Below are positions 1 to 12,000 of a DNA stretch of 64,000 nt, piece after piece (position 1 is the first letter of the stretch; each line of letters opens with the position of its first letter). A program made the position numbers and the translations under genes. This stretch comes from Eledone cirrhosa (Eukaryota), in contig OZ024748.1 in NCBI GenBank assembly GCA_964016885.1, forward strand, positions 46,314,001 to 46,378,000, in the 5' to 3' direction. The notes under the pieces were generated by a model. It saw nothing but the letters and a program-made list of their open reading frames with translations. It did no database searches and was not told the DNA's origin.

Positions 1-3000
1 TGTTGGTAGTGTAGTGGTTGTTGTTGGTAGTGTAGTGGTGGTTGTTGGTAGTGTAGTTGTTGTTGCTGGTAGTGTAGTGGTTGTTGTTAGTAATGTAGTG
101 GTTGTAGTTGGTAGTGTAGTGGTTGTTGTTGGTAGTGTAGTGGTGGTTGTTGGTAGTGTAGTGGTTGTTGTTGGTCGTGTAGTGGTGGTTGTTGGTAGTG
201 TAGGTGTTGTTGTTGGTAGTGTAGTGGTTGTTGTTGGTAGTGTAGTGGTTGTAGTTGGTAGTGTAGTGGTTGTTGTTGGTAGTGTAGTAGTTGTAGTTGG
301 TAGTGTAGTGGTTGTTGTTGTTCGTGTAGTGGTTGTTGTTGGTAGTGTAGTGGTTGTTGTTGGTAGTGTAGTGGTGGTTGTTGGTAGTGTAGTGGTTGTT
401 GTTGGTCGTGTAGTGGTGGTTGTTGGTAGTGTAGGTGTTGTTGTTGGTAGTGTAGTGGTTGTTGTTGGTAGTGTAGGTGTTGTTGTTGGTAGTGTAGTGG
501 TTGTAGTTGGTAGTGTAGTGGTTGTTGTTGGTAGTGTAGTGGTGGTTGTTGGTAGTGTAGTGGTTGGTGTTGTTGGTAGTGTAGTGGTTGTTGTTGGTAG
601 TTTAGTGGTGGTTGTTGGTAGTGTAGTGGTTGTTGTTGGTAGTGTAGTGGTTGTTGTTGGTAGTGTAGTGGTGGTTGTTGGTAGTGTAGTGGTTGTTGTT
701 GGTAATGTAGTGGTGGTTGTTGGTAGTGTAGTGGTTGTTGTTGGTAGTGTAGTGGATGTTGTTGTTGGTAGTGTAGTGGTTGTAATTGGTAGTGTAGTGG
801 TTGTTGTTGGTAGTGAAGTGATGGTTGTTGGTAGTGTAGTGGTTGTTGTTGGTAGTGTAGAGGTTGTTGTTGGTAGTGTAATGGTTGTTGTTGGTAGTGT
901 AGTGGTTGTTGTTGGTAGTGTAGTGCTGTTTGTTGGTAGTGCAGTTGTGGTTGTTGGTAGTGTAGTGGTTGTAGTTGGTAGTGTAGTAGTTGTAGTTGGT
1001 AGTGTAGTGGTTGTTGTTGGTAGTGTAGTGGTGGTTGTTGGTAGTGTAGTGGTTGTTGTTGGAAGTGTAGTGGTGGTTGTTGGTAGTGTAGTGGTTGTTG
1101 TTGGTAGTGTAGTGGTTGTTGTTGGTAGTGTAGTGGTTGTTGTTGGTAGTGTAGTGGTTGTAGTTGGTAGTGTAGTGGTTGTTGTTGGTAGTGTAGTGGT
1201 GGTAGTTGGTAGTGTAGTGGTTGTTGTTGGTAGTGTAGTGGTTGTTGTTGGTAGTGTAGTGGTGGTTGTTGGTAGTGTAGTGGTTGTTGTTGGTAGTGTA
1301 GTTGTGGTTGTTGGTAGTGTAGTGGTTGTTGTTGGTAGTGTAGTGGTTGTTGCTGGTAGTGTAGTGGTTGTTGTTAGTAATGTAGTGGTTTTAGTTGGTA
1401 GTGTAGTGGTTGTTGTTGGTAGTGTAGTGGTGGTTGTTGGTAGTGTAGTGGTTGTTGTTGGTCGTGTAGTGGTGGTTGTTGGTAGTGTAGGTGTTGTTGT
1501 TGGTAGTGTAGTGGTTGTTGTTGGTAGTGTAGTGGTTGTAGTTGGTAGTGTAGTGGTTGTTGTTGGTAGTGTAGTAGTTGTAGTTGGTAGTGTAGTGGTT
1601 GTTGTTGTTCGTGTAGTGGTTGTTGTTGGTAGTGTAGTGGTTGTTGTTGGTAGTGTAGTGGTGGTTGTTGGTAGTGTAGTGGTTGTTGTTGGTCGTGTAG
1701 TGGTGGTTGTTGGTAGTGTAGGTGTTGTTGTTGGTAGTGTAGTGGTTGTTGTTGGTAGTGTAGGTGTTGTTGTTGGTAGTGTAGTGGTTGTAGTTGGTAG
1801 TGTAGTGGTTGTTGTTGGTAGTGTAGTGGTGGTTGTTGGTAGTGTAGTGGTTGTTGTTGGTAGTGTAGTGGTGGTTGTTGGTAGTGTAGTAGTTGTTGTT
1901 GGTAGTGTAGTTGTGGTTGTTGGTAGTGTAGTGGTGGTTGTTGGTAGTGTAGTGGTGGTTGTTGTTAGTGTAGTGGTAGTTGTTGGTAGTGTAGTGGTTG
2001 TTATTGGTTGTGCAGTTGTGGTTGTTGGTAATGTAGTGGTGGTGGTTGGTAGTGTAGTGGTGGTTGTTGGTAGAGTAGTGGTTGTTGTTGGTAGTGTAGT
2101 GGTTGTAGTTGGTAGTGTAGTGGTTGTTGTTGGTAGTGTAGTGGTAGTTGTTGGTAGTGTAGTGCTTGTAGTTGGTAGTGTAGTGGTTGTTGTTGGTAGT
2201 GTAGTGGTGGTTGTTGGTAGTGTAGTGGTTGCTGTTGGTAGTGTAGAGGTTGTTGTTGGTAGTGTAGTGGTTGTTGTTGGTAGTGTAGTGGTTGTTGTTG
2301 GTAGTGTAGTGCTGTTTGTTGGTAGTGCAGTTGTGTTTGTTGGTAGTGTAGTGGTTGTAGTTGGTAGTGTAGTGGTTGTTGTTGGTAGTGTAGTGGTTGT
2401 TGTTGGTAGTGTAGTGGTGGTTGTTGGTAGTGTAGTGGTTGTAGTTGGTAGTGTAGTGGTTTTTGTTGGTAGTGTAGTGGTTGTTGTTGGTAGTGTAGTG
2501 GTGGTTGTTGGTAGTGTAGTGGTTGTTGTTGGTAGTGTAGTGGATGTTGTTGTTGGTAGTGTAGTGGTGGTTGTTGGTAGTGTAGTGGTTGTTGTTGGTA
2601 GTGTAGTGGTTGTTGTTGGTAGTGTAGTGGTTGTAGTTGGTAGTGTAGTGGTTGTTGTTGGTAGTGTATTTGTGGTTGTTGGTAGTGTAGTGGTGGTTGT
2701 TGGTAGTGTAGTGGTGGTTGTTGGTAGTGTAGTGCTGGTTGTTGGTAGTGTAGTGGTTGTTGTTGGTAGTGTAGTCGTGGTTGTTGGTAGTGTAGTGGTT
2801 GTTGTTGGTAGTGTAGTGGTTGTTGTTGGTAGTGTAGTGGTTGTTGTTGGTAGTGTAGTGGTTGTAGTTGGTAGTGTAGTGGTTGTTGTTGGTAGTGTAG
2901 TGGTGGTTGTTGGTAGTGTAGTGGTTGTTGTTGGTCGTGTAGTGGTTGTTGTTGGTAGTGTAGGTGTTTTTGTTCGTAGTGTAGTGGTTGTTGTTGGTAG

Positions 3001-6000
3001 CCTAGTGGTTGTAGTTGTTAGTGTAGTGGTTGTTGTTGGTAGTGTAGTAGTTGTAGTTGGTAGTGTAGTGGTTGTTGTTGGTAGTGTAGTGGTGGTTGTT
3101 GGTAGTGTAGTGGTTGTTGTTGGTAGTGTAGTGGTGGTTGTTGGTAGTGTAGTGGTTGTTGTTGGTAGTGTAGTGGTTGTTGTTGGTAGTGTAGTGGTTG
3201 TTGTTGGTAGTGTAGTGGTTGTTGTTGGTAGTGTAGTGGTTGTTGTTGGTAGTGTAGTGGTTGTTGTTGGTAGTGTAGTGGCTGTAGTTGGTAGTGTAGT
3301 GGTTGTTGTTGGTAGTGTAGTGGTGGTAGTTGGTAGTGTAGTGGTTGTTGTTGGTAGTGTAGTGGTTGTTGTTGGTCGTGTAGTGGTGGTTGTTGGTAGT
3401 GTAGGTGTTGTTGTTGGTAGTGTAGTGGTTGTTGTTGGTAGTGTAGTGGTTGTTGTTGGTAGTGTAGTAGTTGTAGTTGGTAGTGTAGTGGTTGTTGTTG
3501 TTCGTGTAGTGGTTGTTGTTGGTAGTGTAGTGGTTGTTGTTGGTAGTGTAGTGGTGGTTGTTGGTAGTGTAGTGGTTGTTGTTGGTCGTGTAGTGGTGGT
3601 TGTTGGTAGTGTAGGTGTTGTTGTTGGTAGTGTAGTGGTTGTTGTTGGTAGTGTAGGTGTTGTTGTTGGTAGTGTAGTGGTTGTAGTTGGTAGTGTAGTG
3701 GTTGTTGTTGGTAGTGTAGTGGTGGTTGTTGGTAGTGTAGTGGTTGTTGTTGGTAGTGTAGTGGTGGTTGTTGGTAGTGTAGTGGTTGTTGTTGGTAGTG
3801 TAGTTGTGGTTGTTGGTAGTGTAGTGGTGGTTGTTGGTAGTGTAGTGGTGGTTGTTGTTAGTGTAGTGGTAGTTGTTGTTAGTGTAGTGGTTGTTATTGG
3901 TTGTGCAGTTGTGGTTGTTGGTAATGTAGTGGTGGTGGTTGGTAGTGTAGTGGTGGTTGTTGGTAGAGTAGTGGTTGTTGTTGGTAGTGTAGTGGTTGTA
4001 GTTGGTAGTGTAGTGGTTGTTGTTGGTAGTGTAGTGGTGGTTGTTGGTAGTGTAGTGCTTGTAGTTGGTAGTGTAGTGGTTGTTGTTGGTAGTGTAGTGG
4101 TGGTTGTTGGTAGTGTAGTGGTTGCTGTTGGTAGTGTAGAGGTTGTTGTTGGTAGTGTAGTGGTTGTTGTTGGTAGTGTAGTGGTTGTTGTTGGTAGTGT
4201 AGTGCTGTTTGTTGGTAGTGCAGTTGTGTTTGTTGGTAGTGTAGTGGTTGTAGTTGGTAGTGTAGTGGTTGTTGTTGGTAGTGTAGTGGTTGTTGTTGGT
4301 AGTGTAGTGGTGGTTGTTGGTAGTGTAGTGGTTGTAGTTGGTAGTGTAGTGGTTTTTGTTGGTAGTGTAGTGGTTGTTGTTGGTAGTGTAGTGGTGGTTG
4401 TTGGTAGTGTAGTGGTTGTTGTTGGTAGTGTAGTGGATGTTGTTGTTGGTAGTGTAGTGGTGGTTGTTGGTAGTGTAGTGGTTGTTGTTGGTAGTGTAGT
4501 GGTTGTTGTTGGTAGTGTAGTGGTTGTAGTTGGTAGTGTAGTGGTTGTTGTTGGTAGTGTATTTGTGGTTGTTGGTAGTGTAGTGGTTGTTGTTGGTAGT
4601 GTAGTGGTGGTTGTTGGTAGTGTAGTGGTGGTTGTTGGTAGTGTAGTGCTGGTTGTTGGTAGTGTAGTGGTTGTTGTTGGTAGTGTAGTCGTGGTTGTTG
4701 GTAGTGTAGTGGTTGTTGTTGGTAGTGTAGTGGTTGTTGTTGGTAGTGTAGTGGTTGTTGTTGGTAGTGTAGTGGTTGTAGTTGGTAGTGTAGTGGTTGT
4801 TGTTGGTAGTGTAGTGGTGGTTGTTGGTAGTGTAGTGGTTGTTGTTGGTCGTGTAGTGGTGGTTGTTGGTAGTGTAGGTGTTTTTGTTCGTAGTGTAGTG
4901 GTTGTTGTTGGTAGCCTAGTGGTTGTAGTTGTTAGTGTAGTGGTTGTTGTTGGTAGTGTAGTAGTTGTAGTTGGTAGTGTAGTGGTTGTTGTTGGTAGTG
5001 TAGTGGTGGTTGTTGGTAGTGTAGTGGTTGTTGTTGGTAGTGTAGTGGTGGTTGTTGGTAGTGTAGTGGTTGTTGTTGGTAGTGTAGTGGTTGTTGTTGG
5101 TAGTGTAGTGGTTGTTGTTGGTAGTGTAGTGGTTGTAGTTGGTAGTGTAGTGGTTGTTGTTGGTAGTGTAGTGGTGGTAGTTGGTAGTGTAGTGGTTGTT
5201 GTTGGTAGTGTAGTGGTTGTTGTTGGTAGTGTAGTGGTTGTTGTTGGTAGTGTAGTGGTGGTTGTTGATAGTGTAGTGGTGGTTGTTGGTAGTGTAGTGG
5301 TAGTTGTTGGTAGTGTAGTGGTTTCTATTGGTTGTGCAGTTGTGGTTGTTGGTAGTGTAATGGTGGTGGTTGGTAGAGTAGTGGTGGTTGTTGTTAGAGT
5401 AGTGGTTGTTGTTGGTAGTGTAGTGTTTGTAGTTGGTAGTGTAGTGGTTGTTGTTGGTAGTGTAGTGGTGGTTGTTGGTAGTGTAGTGGTTGTAGTTGGT
5501 AGTGTAGTGGTTGTTGTTGGTAGTGTAGTGGTGGTTGTTGGTAGTGTAGTAGTTGTTGTTGGTAGTGTAGAGGTTGTTGTTGGTAGTGTAGTGGTTGTTG
5601 TTGGTAGTATATTGGTTGTTGTTGGTAGTGTAGTGCTGTTTGTTGGTAGTGCAGTTGTGGCTGTTGGTATTGTAGTGGTTGTTGTTGGTAGTGTAGTGGT
5701 TGTTGTTGCTAGTGTAGTGGTATTTGTTGGTAGTGTAGTGGTTGTTGTTGGTAGTGTAGTAGTTGTTGTTGGTAGTGTAGTGGTTGTTGTTGGTAGTGTA
5801 GTGGTTGTTGTTGGTAGTGTAGTGGATGTTGTTGGTAGTGTAGTGGTTGTTGTTGGTAGTGTAGTGGTGGTTGTTGGTAGTGTTGTGGTAGTTGTTGGTA
5901 GTGTAGTGGTTGTTATTGGTTGTATAGTGCTGGTTGTTGGTAGTGTAGTGGTCGTTGTTGGTAGTGTAGTGGTTGTTGTTGGTAGTGTAGTGGTGGTTGT

Positions 6001-9000
6001 TAGTAGTGTAGTGGTTGTTGTTGGTAGTGTAGTTGTTGTTGGTAGTGTAGTGGTTGTTGTTGGTAGTGTAGTGGATGTTGTTGGTAGTGTAGAGGTGGTT
6101 GTTGGTAGTGTAGTGGTTGTTGTTGGTAGTGTAGTGTTTGTTGTCGGTAGTGTTGTGGTTGTTGTTGGTAGTGTAGTTGTTGTTGGTAGTGTAGTGGTTA
6201 TTGTTGGTAGTGTAGTGGATGTTGTTGGTAGTGTAGAGGTGGTTGTTGGTAGTATAGTGGTTGTTGTTGGTAGTGTAGTGTTTGTTGTTGGTAGTGTTGT
6301 GGTTGTTGTTGATAGTGTAGTGGTTGTTGTTGTTGGTAGTGTAGTGGTTATTGTTGTTGGTAGTGTAGTGGTTGTTGTTGGTAGCGTAGTAGTTGTTGTT
6401 GGTAGTGTAGTGGTTGTTGTTGGTAGTGTAGTGGATGTTGTTGTTGGTAGTGTAGTGGTTGTTCTTGGTAGTGTTGTGGTTGTTGTTGATAGTGTAGTGT
6501 TTGTTGTTGTCGGTAGTGTAGTGGTTGCTGTTTGTAGTGTAGTGGTTGTTGTTGGTAGTGTAGTGGTTGTTGTTGGTAGTGTAGTGGTTGTAGTTGGTAG
6601 TGTAGTTGTGGTTGTTGGTAGTGTAGTGGTTGTTGTTGGTAGTGTAGTGGTGGTTGTTGGTAGTGTAGTGGTTGTAGTTGGTAGTGTAGTGGTTGTTGTT
6701 GGTAGTGTAGTGGTGGTTGTTGGTAGTGTAGTGGTTGTTGTTGGTAGTGTAGTGGTGGTTGTTGGTAGTGTAGTGGTTGTTGTTGGTAGTGTAGTGGTGG
6801 TTGTTGGTAGTGTAGTGGTGGTTGTTGGTGGTGTAGTGGTGGTTGTTGGTAGTGTAGTGGTAGTTGTTGGTAGTGTAGTGGTTGTTATTGGTTGTGCAGT
6901 TGTGGTTGTTGGTAATGTAGTGGTGGTGGTTGGTAGTGTAGTGGTGGTTGTTGGTAGAGTAGTGGTTGTTGTTGGTAGTGTAGTGGTTGTAGTTGGTAGT
7001 GTAGTGGTTGTTGTTGGTAGTGTAGTGGTGGTTGTTGGTAGTGTAGTGGTTGTAGTTGGTAGTGTAGTGGTTGTTGTTGGTAGTGTAGTGGTGGTTGTTG
7101 GTAGTGTAGTGGTTGCTGTTGGTAGTGTAGAGGTTGTTGTTGGTAGTGTAGTGGTTGTTGTTGGTAGTGTAGTGGTTGTTGTTGGTAGTGTAGTGCTGTT
7201 TGTTGGTAGTGCAGTTGTGGTTGTTGGTAGTGTAGTGGTTGTAGTTGGTAGTGTAGTGGTTGTTGTTGGTAGTGTAGTGGTTGTTGTTGGTAGTGTAGTG
7301 GTGGTTGTTGGTAGTGTAGTGGTTGTAGTTGGTAGTGTAGTGGTTGTTGTTGGTAGTGTAGTGGTTGTTGTTGGTAGTGTAGTGGTGGTTGTTGGTAGTG
7401 TAGTGGTTGTTGTTGGTAGTGTAGTGGATGTTGTTGTTGGTAGTGTAGTTGTGGTTGTTGGTAGTGTAGTGGTTGTTGTTGGTAGTGTAGTGGTTGTTGT
7501 TGGTAGTGTAGTGGTTGTAGTTGGTAGTGTAGTGGTTGTTGTTGGTAGTGTATTTGTGGTTGTTGGTAGTGTAGTGGTTGTTGTTGGTAGTGTAGTGGTG
7601 GTTGTTGGTAGTGTAGTGGTTGTTGTTGGTAGTGTAGTGCTGGTTGTTGGTAGTGTAGTGGTTGTTGTTGGTAGTGTAGTCGTGGTTGTTGGTAGTGTAG
7701 TGGTTGTTGTTGGTAGTGTAGTGGTTGTTGTTGGTAGTGTAGTGGTTGTTGTTGGTAGTGTAGTGGTTGTAGTTGGTAGTGTAGTGGTTGTTGTTGGTAG
7801 TGCAGTGGTGGTTGTTGGTAGTGTAGTGGTTGTTGTTGGTCGTGTAGTGGTGGTTGTTGGTAGTGTAGGTGTTGTTGTTGGTAGTGTAGTGGTTGTTGTT
7901 GGTAGCCTAGTGGTTGTAGTTGTTAGTGTAGTGGTTGTTGTTGGTAGTGTAGTAGTTGTAGTTGGTAGTGTAGTGGTTGTTGTTGGTAGTGTAGTGGTGG
8001 TTGTTGGTAGTGTAGTGGTTGTTTTTGGTAGTGTAGTGGTGGTTGTTGGTAGTGTAGTGGTTGTTGTTGGTAGTGTAGTGGTTGTTGTTGGTAGTGTAGT
8101 GGTTGTTGTTGGTAGTGTAGTGGTTGTAGTTGGTAGTGTAGTGGTTGTTGTTGGTAGTGTAGTGGTGGTAGTTGGTAGTGTAGTGGTTGTTGTTGGTAGT
8201 GTAGTGGTTGTTGTTGGTAGTGTAGTGGTTGTTGTTGGTAGTGTAGTGGTGGTTGTTGGTAGTGTAGTGGTGGTTGTTGGTAGTGTAGTGGTAGTTGTTG
8301 GTAGTGTAGTGGTTTCTATTGGTTGTGCAGTTGTGGTTGTTGGTAGTGTAATGGTGGTGGTTGGTAGGGTAGTGGTGGTTGTTGGTAGAGTAGTGGTTGT
8401 TGTTGGTAGTGTAGTGTTTGTAGTTGCTAGTGTAGTGGTTGTTGTTGGTAGTGTAGTGGTGGTTATTGGTAGTGTAGTGGTTGTAGTTGGTAGTGTAGTG
8501 GTTGTTGTTGGTAGTGTAGTGGTGGTTGTTGGTAGTGTAGTAGTTGTTGTTGGTAGTGTAGAGGTTGTTGTTGGTAGTGTAGTGGTTGTTGTTGGTAGTA
8601 TATTGGTTGTTGTTGGTAGTGTAGTGCTGTTTGTTGGTAGTGCAGTTGTGGTTGTTGGTATTGTAGTGGTTGTTGTTGGTAGTGTAGTGGTTGTTGTTGG
8701 TAGTGTAGTGGTATCTGTTGGTAGTGTAGTGGTTGTTGTTGGTAGTGTAGTAGTTGTTGTTGGTAGTGTAGTGGTTGTTGTTGGTAGTGTAGTGGTTGTT
8801 GTTGGTAGTGTAGTGGATGTTGTTGGTAGTGTAGTGGTGGTTGTTGGTAGTGTTGTGGTAGTTGTTGGTAGTGTAGTGGTTGTTATTGGTTGTATAGTGC
8901 TGGTTGTTGGTAGTGTAGTGGTCGTTGTTGGTAGTGTAATGGTTGTTGTTGGTAGTGTAGTGGTGGTTGTTAGTAGTGTAGTGGTTGTTGTTGGTAGTGT

Positions 9001-12000
9001 AGTTGTTGTTGGTAGTGTAGTGGTTGTTGTTGGTAGTGTAGTGGATGTTGTTGGTAGTGTAGAGGTGGTTGTTGGTAGTGTAGTGGTTGTTGTTGGTAGT
9101 GTAGTGTTTGTTGTCGGTAGTGTTGTGGTTGTTGTTGGTAGTGTAGTTGTTGTTGGTAGTGTAGTGGTTGTTGTTGGTAGTGTAGTGGATGTTGTTGGTA
9201 GTGTAGAGGTGGTTGTTGGTAGTGTAGTGGTTGTTGTTGGTAGTGTAGTGTTTGTTGTTGGTAGTGTTGTGGTTGTTGTTGATAGTGTAGTGGTTGTTGT
9301 TGTTGGTAGTGTAGTGGTTATTGTTGTTGGTAGTGTAGTGGTTGTTGTTGGTAGCGTAGTAGTTGTTGTTGGTAGTGTAGTGGTTGTTGTTGGTAGTGTA
9401 GTGGATGTTGTTGTTGGTAGTGTAGTGGTTGTTCTTGGTAGTGTTGTGGTTGTTGTTGATAGTGTAGTGTTTGTTGTTGTCGGTAGTGTAGTGGTTGCTG
9501 TTTGTAGTGTAGTGGTTGTTCTTGTTGGTATTGTAGTGGTTGTTGTTGGTAGTGTAGTGGTTGTAGTTGGTAGTGTAGTGGTTGTTGTTGGTAGTGTAGT
9601 GGTGGTTGTTGGTAGTGTAGTGGTTGTAGTTGGTAGTGTAGTGGTTGTTGTTGGTAGTGTAGTGGTGGTTGTTGGTAGTGTAGTGGTTGCTGTTGGTAGT
9701 GTAGAGGTTGTTGTTGGTAGTGTAGTGGTTGTTGTTGGTAGTGTAGTGGTTGTTGTTGGTAGTGTAGTGCTGTTTGTTGGTAGTGCAGTTGTGGTTGTTG
9801 GTAGTGTAGTGGTTGTAGTTGGTAGTGTAGTGGTTGTTGTTGGTAGTGTAGTGGTTGTTGTTGGTAGTGTAGTGGTGGTTGTTGGTAGTGTAGTGGTTGT
9901 AGTTGGTAGTGTAGTGGTTGTTGTTGGTAGTGTAGTGGTTGTTGTTGGTAGTGTAGTGGTGGTTGTTGGTAGTGTAGTGGTTGTTGTTGGTAGTGTAGTG
10001 GATGTTGTTGTTGGTAGTGTAGTGGTGGTTGTTGGTAGTGTAGTGGTTGTTGTTGGTAGTGTAGTGGTTGTTGTTGGTAGTGTAGTGGTTGTAGTTGGTA
10101 GTGTAGTGGTTGTTGTTGGTAGTGTATTTGTGGTTGTTGGTAGTGTAGTGGTTGTTGTTGGTAGTGTAGTGGTGGTTGTTGGTAGTGTAGTGGTTGTTGT
10201 TGGTAGTGTAGTGCTGGTTGTTGGTAGTGTAGTGGTTGTTGTTGGTAGTGTAGTCGTGGTTGTTGGTAGTGTAGTGGTTGTTGTTGGTAGTGTAGTGGTT
10301 GTTGTTGGTAGTGTAGTGGTTGTTGTTGGTAGTGTAGTGGTTGTAGTTGGTAGTGTAGTGGTTGTTGTTGGTAGTGCAGTGGTGGTTGTTGGTAGTGTAG
10401 TGGTTGTTGTTGGTCGTGTAGTGGTGGTTGTTGGTAGTGTAGGTGTTGTTGTTGGTAGTGTAGTGGTTGTTGTTGGTAGCCTAGTGGTTGTAGTTGTTAG
10501 TGTAGTGGTTGTTGTTGGTAGTGCAGTAGTTGTAGTTGGTAGTGTAGTGGTTGTTGTTGGTAGTGTAGTGGTGGTTGTTGGTAGTGTAGTGGTTGTTGTT
10601 GGTAGTGTAGTGGTGGTTGTTGGTAGTGTAGTGGTTGTTGCTGGTAGTGTAGTGGTTGTTGTTGGTAGTGTAGTGGTTGTTGTTGGTAGTGTAGTGGTTG
10701 TAGTTGGTAGTGTAGTGGTTGTTGTTGGTAGTGTAGTGGTGGTAGTTGGTAGTGTAGTGGTTGTTGTTGGTAGTGTAGTGGTTGTTGTTGGTAGTGTAGT
10801 GGTTGTTGTTGGTAGTGTAGTGGTGGTTGTTGGTAGTGTAGTGGTGGTTGTTGGTAGTGTAGTGGTAGTTGTTGGTAGTGTAGTGGTTTCTATTGGTTGT
10901 GCAGTTGTGGTTGTTGGTAGTGTAATGGTGGTGGTTGGTAGGGTAGTGGTGGTTGTTGCTAGAGTAGTGGTTGTTGTTGGTAGTGTAGTGTTTGTAGTTG
11001 CTAGTGTAGTGGTTGTTGTTGGTAGTGTAGTGGTGGTTATTGGTAGTGTAGTGGTTGTAGTTGGTAGTGTAGTGGTTGTTGTTGGTAGTGTAGTGGTGGT
11101 TGTTGGTAGTGTAGTAGTTGTTGTTGGTAGTGTAGAGGTTGTTGTTGGTAGTGTAGTGGTTGTTGTTGGTAGTATATTGGTTGTTGTTGGTAGTGTAGTG
11201 CTGTTTGTTGGTAGTGCAGTTGTGGTTGTTGGTATTGTAGTGGTTGTTGTTGGTAGTGTAGTGGTTATTGTTGTTGGTAGTGTAGTGGTTTTTGTTGGTA
11301 GTGTAGTAGTTGTTGTTGGTAGTGTAGTGGTTGTTGTTGGTAGTGTAGTGGATGTTGTTGTTGGTAGTGTAGTGGTTGTTCTTGGTAGTGTTGTGGTTGT
11401 TGTTGATAGTGTAGTGGTTGTTGTTGTCGGTAGTGTAGTGGTTGTTGTTGTTGGTAGTGTAGTGGTTGCTGTTGGTAGTGTAGTGGTTGTTCTTGTTGGT
11501 ATTGTAGTGGTTGTTGTTGGTAGTTTAATGGTTGTTGTTGGTAGTGTAGTGGATGTTGTTGTTGGTAGTGTAGTGGTTGTTGTTGCTAGTGTAGAGGTTG
11601 TTGTTGGTAGTGTAGTGGCTGTCGTTGGTATTGTAGTGGATGATGTTGGTAGTGTAGAGGTGGTTGTTGGTAGTGTAGTGGTTGTTGTTGGTAGTGTAGT
11701 GGTTGTTGTTGGTATTGTAGTGGGGTATGTTGGTAGTGTAGAGGTGGTTGTTGGTAGTGTAGTGGATGTTTTTGGTAGTGTAGAGCTAGTTGTTGGTAGT
11801 ATAGTGGTTGTTGTTGGAGGTGTAGTGGTTGTTGTTGTTGGTAGTGTAGTGGTTGTTGTTGGTAGTGTAGTGGATGTTGTTGGTAGTGTAGAGGTAGTTG
11901 TTGGTAGTGTAGTGGTTGTTGTTGTTGGTAGTGTAGTGGTTGTTGTTGGTAGTATAGTGGCTGTTGTTGGTAGTTTAGTGGATGTTGTTGTTGTTAGTGT